From IMG/VR virus record IMGVR_UViG_3300016644_000029, positions 1-28,322 of that record: a DNA stretch of 28,322 bases; one strand, 5' to 3'. Below the pieces are notes generated by a model. It saw nothing but the letters and a program-made list of their open reading frames with translations, did not search any database and was not told the origin of the DNA. Position numbers and translations under genes: made by a program. Positions 15,932 to 24,958 of the stretch are shown piece after piece (positions within the stretch are counted from its first letter, which is position 1; every line of letters starts with the position of its first letter). The DNA comes from a virus. Lineage: Duplodnaviria; Caudoviricetes.

Positions 15932-18900
15932 TGTGGTATAATAATTATATAGACATTCCGTACAAAGATGGCGGACGTGATCGTGCAGGCTTAGACTGCT
16001 GGGGCTTAGTACGCTTAGTTTATAGCGACCAGTACGCTATCGAGCTACCAAGCTTTAGCACTGCATACTCTACTGTAAAAGATACAGCTCGTACAAGTGA
16101 ACTAGCTGCTCAACAAAAAGAACAGTGGGAGCAGCTAACACAACCCGAACCTGGTTGTGTTGTGTTAATGCGTGTACTAGGTAGCGAAACCCACGTAGGC
16201 GTATACATTGGCGAAGATAAGTTCTTACATATTCGTAGTGGTGCAAACTCTGTGGTTGAGAGCATCAGTTCAGCAAAATGGAAGCACCGTATTGTCGGCT
16301 ACTTTAAATACACCGAAAAAGTTACTGAACTTGTGGCTGTTACAGCCAAACCACACCCACTGCGCAGCGAAAAAATCACCCTTCCAGTATTGGCAGGAAC
16401 TAAACTAGACTTTTTAGCTGACTGGATTAAGCGTGAGCACCAAGTAAGCGATGACCTAATTGGCAAATCTATATTTTTGGTAAATGGTATTACTATACCT
16501 CCTGAACAGTGGCCAACAACGGCCCTACGCGAAACAGATAGTGTAGAGTACCGCGTTTTAGCGCGCGATAGCGATACCTTCCGCTTAATTGCGACATTTG
16601 CACTAGCTATATATGCACCTTATCTTGCAAATGGTCTAATGGGAGGAGCATTTACCACTAGTGCTTTTGCAGCTGCAGGTACCACAGGATTAGCTGCCGG
16701 ATTAGGTGCGGGTACTATCGCCGCAGGTTTAGCTACAGGGGCTGTAATGCTAGCAGGCTCCGCCCTAATCAACGCAATCGCACCTATTCGACCCCCAGCC
16801 GGACCCGCTGATCCAGGCACCACAACTGCACAAAACATTATTACCGGTGCCAATAATCAAGGTGCTCCGTACGCTTCCATTCCAGTTGTCTTAGGCAAGA
16901 TGCGTGTAACGCCTCCGCTTGGCGCTTATAACAACGTACATACTCGTGCTAACCCAAACTTCCGAGGTGACGATAAATCAGAAGTATTAACCGCCGGTGT
17001 GGCCGGAGCTGATACATTTGTTGATATGTTACTTATCTGGGGTTACGGTCCTGTAGTAATTGATGCTGCTACACTACGAGTTGGGCAAGTTCCTGTATAT
17101 AAAGATGATGGCTCCCTAAACTACCTAGGCTTTGACTTAGTAACACTAGACTGGCAAACCGAGCCTAGTGCTGCACTAAAGCAGCACTTTGATGATATAT
17201 ACGGCAGTGATATTTCTCAGGCCTTTCCAAACGTACAGCTAACTTACAGTACACTTTCAGATGGTACCACAAAAGCTCAGCCGCCCGTTGCTAACAGTTT
17301 CTGGGCTCTAACACCTCTCCCCTGGACTCCTGCACCTCGTCCTACTGGTGAAGGCCCAAATGATCCTGCGTGGGTATCACACGGATTCACTCAACCAAGT
17401 TCAGAAATAAGTGTTGCTATTCAATTTCCACAAGGGTTACGTGCTACTATTATTCAAGGTAAACTGGCGGGCGAAAATCGAGCAGCACCTGTTGTACTAC
17501 ACTTACAGTGGGCAAAAATAGTACCCGGCCAACCAAGTGATTGGCAAGATTGGGGCTACTATACCGTTGGAGGCACTGTATCTAGTGCTACTTATACCGA
17601 AGAATCTGGTAGCTACATAGGGTATGGTTGCTGGTTCGACGGCAGTGGAGATAACTGGGGGCAAGTATGTGGGGAAACAGAAATTAGTACTGGTGGCGGA
17701 TCATTCATACAAAATGAAATACTTGCTGGAGGTCCTATAAAAGATGCTTTTACTTGGACAATTACACTATCACGTACTAAGTTGGTAGGAAATGTTGTAC
17801 AGGAACTATGGAGCGCTAATGACTTAATTCAAGTTCGTGTACGTCGCGTTAGTGGTGACAACACAGAGCCTAACGGGGATTACCGCTATTCCCATACAGC
17901 TGTACTACAGTCTTTTACAAGTAAAAATACCAACACTAAGCCAGTTGTAGACCCTACTGGCACAAAGATAGCTCGTAGTGCTCTACAAATACAGGCCACA
18001 GATCAGATTAATGGTCAAATTGACGGCATTAACGCCATTGTACAAAGTATTTGTCCAGACTGGGATGTGGCAACTCAGACATGGATAACTCGCCCAACAA
18101 GTAATCCTGCGTCATTGTATCGTTATGTCCTGCAACACCCTGCAAATGCCCGACCTGTACCAGATACCCAGTTCGATTTAGTTCAGTTACAACACTGGCA
18201 CGAATACTGCAATCAAACGCGTACAGTAACATATACAGATTCAGCAAGTAACTCTTATACTTTAACTACTACACTACAGTACAATAATATACTTGGTAAT
18301 AGCCCTCGAGCAGTGCTTGAAGTACTACGAGATATTTGTGCAGCCGGCAGGGCAAGCCCTGCAATGGTAGATGGTAAATGGTCTGTTGTTATTGACGAAC
18401 CAAAAGCAACTATCGTTCAGCATTTTACACCACACAATAGCTGGGGATTCGAGGCTACAAAAATGCTTCCTAAAATGCCAGATGGCCTAAAGGTGCAGTT
18501 CAATGACCGAGACAATGATTATGTACAAAAAGAAGTCCTAGTAACTTATGCAAATAAAACCCCTAGTAGCGCTTCTTTCTTGGAGTCGATTCAGCTACCT
18601 GGCGTTACAAGCACTGCCGAAGCAATTGACCATGCACGCTGGCACTTAGCACAAATTAAGCTACGTCCTGAAGTTTATACAATCAATACGGATCTAGAAT
18701 ATATTGTGTGTAACCGTGGCGATCGTGTAAAAGTAACACACGATGTTCCACTTTGGGGCGGCGGTAGTGGTCGCATAAAGAACATTATTGCCAGCGGCCC
18801 AACAGTTTATTCAACCACAGTCTACGGATTCCTGTTAGATGAAGAAATCTACATTGATCCAGCCAAATCTTACAACATACGTCTTCGTGATAATCTAACA

Positions 18901-21900
18901 GGTAGTAGTGCTTTATACGCTATTACAAGTAGTTTCGCTGTCAGTACTTTTGCACGTAGCAATAATATTGCAACTATTAAGTTTGCTGCTCCGCATGTGC
19001 TACAAGCAGGCTATACCGCTGACCTTACAGGTGTATCGGTCTCAGGACTGCCTACCTCAGTAACAATATCGGCCATTACCTATAACTCATCCACAGGTCT
19101 ACCTGATGGCATACAGTTTAGCAATACTGGCAGCAACGTTAGTGCGTATAGTATTACTGGTAGTGTAAAGTTAACCAGTAATTATTACCACAGTGTACAG
19201 TTATCTAGTACGTTTATTACGTCGGTACCTGATACCTTACCGCAACAACTATTTTTATTTGGCGAAGTACAAAAAGAATCTCAAGACCTAATAGTAACAA
19301 AAATTGAGCCTACAACAAATAAAACAGCTAGACTAACACTAGTAGATTATGGTGTAAGCAGTGCATTTAATATTTTTACTCAATATAATGAAATTGCCTC
19401 CACTACTACATTTGTACCAAATATAACTCAACGCTACACAGACCTTACGTATCTAGTAGGTGATTATGTTCCTTATGTAGATATATCGCAAGTTGTAAGT
19501 GATGAAACAGTTATACGTCGCTTAAGCGACGGTACCTATGAGTATTTAATTCGCGTACCTTTTAAAAATGTAGAGCAAGACGGTATTACACCTATAGTGC
19601 TATCAAATGACGTAGTCTATGTAGAGGCTCAGATGCTACCAGCAAATATGCCTGATACTAGCGGAGCAACTATATTTAGACAAGATTTAACTGCTGGTTC
19701 TATTGACTTAACCGGAGTTACTGACGGGTTAGAAGCTTTATCAATAACTCCTACTACAGAGGGAGTTTACAGATTTAGATTACGTTATGTTACTAAATCC
19801 GGTAAACTTGGTCAGTGGTCTAGTTGGTACTTGCATAAAGTAATTGGTAAACGTAATCCTCCTGCAGACGTAACCTATCCGGACGGTGGTTATCGCATAG
19901 AAGCAGAAAAACTAATCTTAAGCTGGAATGCAAATACTGAACCAGATTTTGCGTACTATGAAATTCGTACGTTTAATGCAGGTTGGGGCAATGACGAGTA
20001 CTTATTTAGAGGAAATGTTACTGAACTGGCTGTAACACCAACAGGTGCAGGCACTACAGATACTTGGTATATTAAAGCAGCGGATACTGTAGGAAACTAT
20101 AGTACTAATACAGCAGTTATATCATTTAATTATCCAAGTGTAGCAAATATTTCTGATATATTTGAAGAATATATTGACACTAGCTTAACAGAAGCGACTA
20201 TTACACTTAGCTGGGACCCTGTTCTACCTACATTTAGTTTAAATACTTATGAAATAGCGTATACTGATACGTCCGGACAAAGAAATAGCCCTCCTACTCC
20301 TGACAAAAATATCATTAAGTACACTACTTCTCCAAGTATTATACTGCCAGCTAACTGGATAGGTACACAAGAATTTACAGTTACAGTAGTAGATAAGTTA
20401 AATCAAAGATCTAGCGGATATAGCAAACAAATAGTTAAACTACCTCCTAATCCTATTACTAGTCTTAAAATACAAGTAATTGATAATAATATATTATTAT
20501 TCTGGTCGTATGGTGCAAAAACAAGTTTACCTATACTACACGCTTTACTGAAACGAAGCACAGATGGTGGTGTAACGTGGGAAACCATAGGTTCAAAAAG
20601 CGGTGGATTCACCAGCTTTAGTGAATTGGCAGCAGGTTTCTATACTTATGGAATTACTGTAGTTGATACAGACGGATGGGAGTCCGAGATAGTTCAACAA
20701 ACAGTAGAAGTAACCCAACCTCCAGACTACGCATTCCTAGGTGAGTATAACTCTACTTTTGAAAATTATACTATAGATACTACAACTTCTACAGTTTCAA
20801 AAGTAAACGCTATAAACTATGCTGGAGAGTTAATATTTGGAGTAAATACTACAGAAACTTGGGCACAGCACTTTACGAATAATTCGTGGTCTACGCCACA
20901 AAATCAAGTATCTGCAGGTTATCCATACTACCTACAGCCTGGTACAAGTACTTCTTCTTATACTGAAGAAATTGATCTAGGTTATACTATAGCATATAGT
21001 CAGTTAACTTTAAACATAACTGGTAATAATTTAGTTGGAAACTCTAAACTATCTTATGAGATATATACAAAAGAAAATGCAGGAGATTCTTATGTGTATA
21101 CTACAGGATTTGCCACGAATATAAGATATATAAAAATAGTAATATCTTGTTCGGCAGTAACTACAGGTAGTTTATATAGAGTAACTAACATAAATCTTAA
21201 ACTAAGTACAAAACAAAAAACAGAAGCAAACAGCGTACTACTTTCTAGTGGCGGTATAGTTAATTTTAATACACAGTTTATAGATGTACAGTCTATTATA
21301 CTGTCCCCCGCAGGAACCACACCTATAACAGCTTTGTATGATTCTCTAGACTATACAGCAAGCGGCACTTATACATTAGTAGGTACTAGCTGTACGGTAG
21401 GTGATTTAACTCAACCGCACGGATTGATTGCAGGGCAAAATGTAAACTTATATTTTATAGGCGACGTTCCAAGCGGTATCTATACGATAACCGAAGTATT
21501 GGGCGAATATTCTTATAGAGTAAGTATTTCAGGAGTAAGTACACAAACATATTCTTGGGCACAACAAACAGAAGTACAACCAGCTTCATTAGCTTTAGGT
21601 GATACTTTTGGTACTTCAGTAGCCATTAGTGGAAATGGGAGTACTATGGTATGTTCCGCACCTTTACAAGAAAGTTTAACTGGTACTGCAAATGTTGGTT
21701 CAATATATGTTTTTACTCGTGTAAATGATTCTTGGACTGAACAAGCACATATATTTGCGTCAACACCAGGAGCTGACGATCAGTTTGGTGAACGAGTTAG
21801 TATTAGTGCTGATGGTAATACTATAGCAGTAACCTGTTCTTATGATGATAATAGCATAGGAACAAATGCTGGTAGCGTATATGTCTTTACACGCAGCGGT

Positions 21901-22884
21901 AGTACATGGACTGAGCAAGCAATTCTAAAAGCAAGCGATGGCGTGCCTGCAGGTAGATTTGGTAACTCCGTATCACTGAGTTCAGATGGTAATATTTTAG
22001 CTGTAGGCAGTGAGTGGAAAAATTCCATTGCCGGAAGCGTATATATCTTTACACGTAGTGGAACTACTTGGACTCAATCAACTCAACTGGTTGGAAGTGA
22101 TACCGTTGCAAACGACCACTTTGGTAATGCAGTATCCATAAGTCCAGACGGTACTACTCTAGCTGTAGCAGCAAGACAAGATAGCATTTCTGGTCTTTTA
22201 AATGTTGGTAGCGTATATATCTTTACACGCAGCGGTAGTACATGGACTGAGCAAGCACATCTAGTAGCAAGTGACGGTGCTGCTAACGACTATTTTGGCC
22301 ACACGGTATCTTTAACGTACAACGGCAATTTAGTTGCAATTGGCGCATACCAAGCAGAGATTAGTGGAGTTTTTAATTCCGGAGCAGTCTATATTTTTGC
22401 ACGTAGTGGAACTACATGGACTCAGCAAGCTAAGTTATATGCTTCTGACTATACTGTTGGTAGTGACGATGAATTCGGTTATTCCGTATCTTTAAATGCA
22501 GACGGCACAGTTTTAGCTGTTGGAGCATATCTAGAAGATGGAACAAGCGGTTCGCAATCTGGAGCTACATATATGTTCACTAGAAGTGGAACTACATGGA
22601 CTCAACAGACCAAGATAAGCTATAGTAATCTAGATTATGGAGACAGATTTGGTACTTCTGTAGCTTTAAGTCAGTCAGGAACAACTTTAGCCGTAGGTGC
22701 TCATTATAGCACAATTCCAGGCGGAACTCCTTATACTGATCGCTATGGTTCTGCATACGTTTATACATATGGCAATGATGTGCTAAGTTATTCAAATAGC
22801 ATGAGATGCTATATACTAAATGCTCAAACAGGATCTCCAATAACTACTCCTACAAGCATATCCTATCAGATAAAAGGTTATTAA
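15931..22884 (+). CDS. Tail tip / central fibre fusion: NlpC/P60 + gpI-like + gpJ-like host specificity protein + FN3-like domains + FG-GAP propeller (2317 aa)
   Basis: N-terminal IPYKDGGRDRAGLDCWGLV...HVGVYIG...FLH (NlpC/P60); FLVNG ubiquitin-like segment and Gly/Ala hydrophobic stretch; gpJ-like PYASIPVVLG, TSNPASLYRYVL, GDRVKVTHD; FN3-like LSWNAN...YYEIR...WYIKAADTVGN; seven FG-x-SV repeats near the C-terminus. Confidence 0.9.
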   Translation: MWYNNYIDIPYKDGGRDRAGLDCWGLVRLVYSDQYAIELPSFSTAYSTVKDTARTSELAAQQKEQWEQLTQPEPGCVVLMRVLGSETHVGVYIGEDKFLHIRSGANSVVESISSAKWKHRIVGYFKYTEKVTELVAVTAKPHPLRSEKITLPVLAGTKLDFLADWIKREHQVSDDLIGKSIFLVNGITIPPEQWPTTALRETDSVEYRVLARDSDTFRLIATFALAIYAPYLANGLMGGAFTTSAFAAAGTTGLAAGLGAGTIAAGLATGAVMLAGSALINAIAPIRPPAGPADPGTTTAQNIITGANNQGAPYASIPVVLGKMRVTPPLGAYNNVHTRANPNFRGDDKSEVLTAGVAGADTFVDMLLIWGYGPVVIDAATLRVGQVPVYKDDGSLNYLGFDLVTLDWQTEPSAALKQHFDDIYGSDISQAFPNVQLTYSTLSDGTTKAQPPVANSFWALTPLPWTPAPRPTGEGPNDPAWVSHGFTQPSSEISVAIQFPQGLRATIIQGKLAGENRAAPVVLHLQWAKIVPGQPSDWQDWGYYTVGGTVSSATYTEESGSYIGYGCWFDGSGDNWGQVCGETEISTGGGSFIQNEILAGGPIKDAFTWTITLSRTKLVGNVVQELWSANDLIQVRVRRVSGDNTEPNGDYRYSHTAVLQSFTSKNTNTKPVVDPTGTKIARSALQIQATDQINGQIDGINAIVQSICPDWDVATQTWITRPTSNPASLYRYVLQHPANARPVPDTQFDLVQLQHWHEYCNQTRTVTYTDSASNSYTLTTTLQYNNILGNSPRAVLEVLRDICAAGRASPAMVDGKWSVVIDEPKATIVQHFTPHNSWGFEATKMLPKMPDGLKVQFNDRDNDYVQKEVLVTYANKTPSSASFLESIQLPGVTSTAEAIDHARWHLAQIKLRPEVYTINTDLEYIVCNRGDRVKVTHDVPLWGGGSGRIKNIIASGPTVYSTTVYGFLLDEEIYIDPAKSYNIRLRDNLTGSSALYAITSSFAVSTFARSNNIATIKFAAPHVLQAGYTADLTGVSVSGLPTSVTISAITYNSSTGLPDGIQFSNTGSNVSAYSITGSVKLTSNYYHSVQLSSTFITSVPDTLPQQLFLFGEVQKESQDLIVTKIEPTTNKTARLTLVDYGVSSAFNIFTQYNEIASTTTFVPNITQRYTDLTYLVGDYVPYVDISQVVSDETVIRRLSDGTYEYLIRVPFKNVEQDGITPIVLSNDVVYVEAQMLPANMPDTSGATIFRQDLTAGSIDLTGVTDGLEALSITPTTEGVYRFRLRYVTKSGKLGQWSSWYLHKVIGKRNPPADVTYPDGGYRIEAEKLILSWNANTEPDFAYYEIRTFNAGWGNDEYLFRGNVTELAVTPTGAGTTDTWYIKAADTVGNYSTNTAVISFNYPSVANISDIFEEYIDTSLTEATITLSWDPVLPTFSLNTYEIAYTDTSGQRNSPPTPDKNIIKYTTSPSIILPANWIGTQEFTVTVVDKLNQRSSGYSKQIVKLPPNPITSLKIQVIDNNILLFWSYGAKTSLPILHALLKRSTDGGVTWETIGSKSGGFTSFSELAAGFYTYGITVVDTDGWESEIVQQTVEVTQPPDYAFLGEYNSTFENYTIDTTTSTVSKVNAINYAGELIFGVNTTETWAQHFTNNSWSTPQNQVSAGYPYYLQPGTSTSSYTEEIDLGYTIAYSQLTLNITGNNLVGNSKLSYEIYTKENAGDSYVYTTGFATNIRYIKIVISCSAVTTGSLYRVTNINLKLSTKQKTEANSVLLSSGGIVNFNTQFIDVQSIILSPAGTTPITALYDSLDYTASGTYTLVGTSCTVGDLTQPHGLIAGQNVNLYFIGDVPSGIYTITEVLGEYSYRVSISGVSTQTYSWAQQTEVQPASLALGDTFGTSVAISGNGSTMVCSAPLQESLTGTANVGSIYVFTRVNDSWTEQAHIFASTPGADDQFGERVSISADGNTIAVTCSYDDNSIGTNAGSVYVFTRSGSTWTEQAILKASDGVPAGRFGNSVSLSSDGNILAVGSEWKNSIAGSVYIFTRSGTTWTQSTQLVGSDTVANDHFGNAVSISPDGTTLAVAARQDSISGLLNVGSVYIFTRSGSTWTEQAHLVASDGAANDYFGHTVSLTYNGNLVAIGAYQAEISGVFNSGAVYIFARSGTTWTQQAKLYASDYTVGSDDEFGYSVSLNADGTVLAVGAYLEDGTSGSQSGATYMFTRSGTTWTQQTKISYSNLDYGDRFGTSVALSQSGTTLAVGAHYSTIPGGTPYTDRYGSAYVYTYGNDVLSYSNSMRCYILNAQTGSPITTPTSISYQIKGY
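21553..22770 (+). repeat. Seven FG-GAP-like coding repeats (about 56 aa each), predicted 7-bladed beta-propeller
   Basis: Units begin FGTSVAIS, FGERVSIS, FGNSVSLS, FGNAVSIS, FGHTVSLT, FGYSVSLN and FGTSVALS; most are followed by GSVYIFTRSG.TWT.QA-like sequence. Confidence 0.9.
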
Positions 22885-22885
22885 T

Positions 22886-23554
22886 ATGGACCATAATTTA
22901 CCAAGCATATCTAGTACGTATGCTAATTTCGTATCTTTACTGGACGAAAGATTAGACGATATAACAGTCGGCTTAGACCCTACTGTAACTGCTTCAGCAG
23001 CTACTAACTTAAAAGTGGGTGCAATTAGATGGACTAGTTCAACTAGTAAGTGGGAAAAGTTTGCTGGAGGAACTACCTGGAACGATTTAGCAGAAACTTA
23101 TGCTATTAGTATTAGTGGAACTGCAAACAATGCTACAAACTTAGGCGGCCTAGCATTAGCAGCAACATCTACTAGTCTAGGTCCTGCATGGAATACAGTA
23201 CCACGAATTAACTCAGCAGGCAGAACAGACATTGGTAGTGTCCTTGATTTTCATAACACCCCCAATAGTTCTAGTGATTTCTCAGTTAGACTTAGTACTA
23301 ACAGTACTGTAAATGACTTGTATGTAACGCGTAGTGGTGGTACTGCCACAAAAATATTAACAGAATTTAATATTTTTAGTAGTAGTGTAAATATTAGTGG
23401 AAGTGCTGCCAGTATTGCTAATACTGGTGGTTGGAGTATAACTCCAAGCGGCACAATATTATATTTAAACTATAATGGTATAAATGTAGGTAAACTTGAC
23501 AGTTCTGGTAACTTAACTGTAAAGGGTACTATTACACAAAACGGTACCGTTTAA
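22886..23554 (+). CDS. Short tail fibre / tip-associated protein
   Basis: 222 aa directly after the tip gene; Ser/Thr/Gly-rich; GAIRW...KWEK, ISGTANNATNL, DIGSVLDFH...DFSVRL and KLDSSGNLTVKG are fibre-like motifs. Confidence 0.62.
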   Translation: MDHNLPSISSTYANFVSLLDERLDDITVGLDPTVTASAATNLKVGAIRWTSSTSKWEKFAGGTTWNDLAETYAISISGTANNATNLGGLALAATSTSLGPAWNTVPRINSAGRTDIGSVLDFHNTPNSSSDFSVRLSTNSTVNDLYVTRSGGTATKILTEFNIFSSSVNISGSAASIANTGGWSITPSGTILYLNYNGINVGKLDSSGNLTVKGTITQNGTV

Positions 23555-23555
23555 T

Positions 23556-23588
23556 AAATACCCAGGCTAAATGCCTGGGTATTTTTTT
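23556..23588 (+). terminator. Intrinsic terminator
   Basis: AAATACCCAGGC-TAAAT-GCCTGGGTATTT 12-bp stem with a T7 tract. Confidence 0.92.
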
Positions 23589-23591
23589 GCA

Positions 23592-23620
23592 TTGACAAAA
23601 CTTGCCCTATATGATATAAT
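23592..23620 (+). promoter_or_regulatory. Consensus sigma70 promoter for the side-fibre operon
   Basis: TTGACA (23592-23597)-17 nt-TATAAT (23615-23620) with extended -10 TG. Confidence 0.92.
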
Positions 23621-23743
23621 ATTGGAAAATGCTTTAAGGTGTTTAAAAATTTTCTTGACAAGCCTTTGGTTCCTTGCTCTCGCAAAGCGCCAGAATAACA
23701 AAGGCTTTAAATATTATATCTATGGCTATTCGGAGATCAAGGA

Positions 23744-24097
23744 ATGTTAAGTATAAGCCCTGATAATTTAATTCAAACCCTTGGTGCAGTCGCTTTAGCT
23801 ATCATTGTAGTTGTTGCTGGATACAGAAAAATAACTAAAGAATGGAGCGCTGATAGCGCTGAGGTAAGTATCATAACTCTAATGCACAAAGAATTAGAGC
23901 GAATGAGTGAACAGAATACTGCTCTTAGTAGCGAAATAGGTAGGCTACACACTCAAATAATTGCTTTAAATAAGCAAATACAAGAATTAAGTATTGAAAA
24001 TCAACGACTACAGTCAGAAGTAGTCGCCCTTACAAATGAAGTTAGCGAATTTAAGGCTAGCATGTTTATGAAAGGCAAAGAGCATGCAACCAGCTAA
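23744..24097 (+). CDS. Single-pass membrane protein with coiled coil (holin- or spanin-like; function uncertain)
   Basis: Hydrophobic LIQTLGAVALAIIVVVAGY followed by RK, then about 60 aa of heptad repeats. Confidence 0.55.
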   Translation: MLSISPDNLIQTLGAVALAIIVVVAGYRKITKEWSADSAEVSIITLMHKELERMSEQNTALSSEIGRLHTQIIALNKQIQELSIENQRLQSEVVALTNEVSEFKASMFMKGKEHATS

Positions 24098-24680
24098 AAT
24101 TAACTATAAAGTATATCAAGGGAGCACGTTTCAAGAAATTTATCGTTGGGAATCGGAAACAAAAGTTTACGTACCAATTTCAAATATTCAAAAAAGTGCA
24201 CCTTGCGTAATTACTACCGCAGAGCCACACAACTTACCAGTAGGTTGGCGAGCTCGTGTAGTAGGGGCCGGCGGAATGAAAGAAATTAATTCTACAGGCG
24301 ATTCTTACTATACCATCACTGATACTACCAGTGATACTATTGAAATCAACAGTGTTAATAGCCTACAATTTTCCACCTATACAAATGGTGGAGTCGTAGA
24401 AGCTGGGGCACCTGTACCCTTAGCAGGGTATTCGGCCCGTATGCAGATTCGCGAAAGCGTTGATAGCACAACAGTTATTCATAGTGCAAGCACTGAAAAT
24501 GGTGGTATCGAAATTGATTCTACCACTTATCAAACAATTACAGTAAAAATACCTGCTACTATAACACAGGCGTTCACTTTTGAAACAGCAGTTTACTCCG
24601 TGGAGCTATACACAAATGATGGGCTAGTAATACCTTTCTTAGTAGGTAATCTTACACTAGTACCGGAGGTTACAAGATGA
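24084..24680 (+). CDS. Virion structural / fibre adaptor protein (BppU-N-like fold with inserted beta domain)
   Basis: YQGSTF...LAGYSARMQIR...STENGGIEID...AVYSVEL...GNLTLVPEVTR frame, interrupted by an ITTAEPHNLPVG...YTNGG insert. Confidence 0.62.
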   Translation: MQPAKINYKVYQGSTFQEIYRWESETKVYVPISNIQKSAPCVITTAEPHNLPVGWRARVVGAGGMKEINSTGDSYYTITDTTSDTIEINSVNSLQFSTYTNGGVVEAGAPVPLAGYSARMQIRESVDSTTVIHSASTENGGIEIDSTTYQTITVKIPATITQAFTFETAVYSVELYTNDGLVIPFLVGNLTLVPEVTR

Positions 24681-24946
24681 CTGATGTAGTAGTAACAAGT
24701 GCTAGTAACACCACGGTAATTAGCTCTCCTGTTCAATCTACAGTAGTCACTCCTAGAGAGTTGATAACAACAGTAGTAACAGGACAGTTAGGTCCTCCCG
24801 GTACTAACCGTGAGGTTGGTCAACTAGTTGACGTTGACACTTCCGACCTTCAAGCAGGCAGTGTTTTAGTGTATAATACACAAACATCTAAGTGGACTTC
24901 TACAACACTGCTTAATCAACAGCAGGTTGATTGTGGCGAATTTTAA
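24677..24946 (+). CDS. Small fibre-associated connector protein
   Basis: 89 aa; GQLGPPG, LVDVDTSDLQAGSVLVYNTQTSKW fibre motif; ends VDCGEF. Confidence 0.55.
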   Translation: MTDVVVTSASNTTVISSPVQSTVVTPRELITTVVTGQLGPPGTNREVGQLVDVDTSDLQAGSVLVYNTQTSKWTSTTLLNQQQVDCGEF

Positions 24947-24958
24947 AAGGAGTAGAAG

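Noticed and set aside
21864-22257. Possible diversity-generating retroelement TR/VR pair
   Set aside because: Both copies are in-frame propeller blades, the two mismatches are not both at adenines, and no reverse transcriptase is present in the window.
23655-23660. Second TTGACA as an additional promoter
   Set aside because: No -10-like hexamer 16-18 nt downstream.
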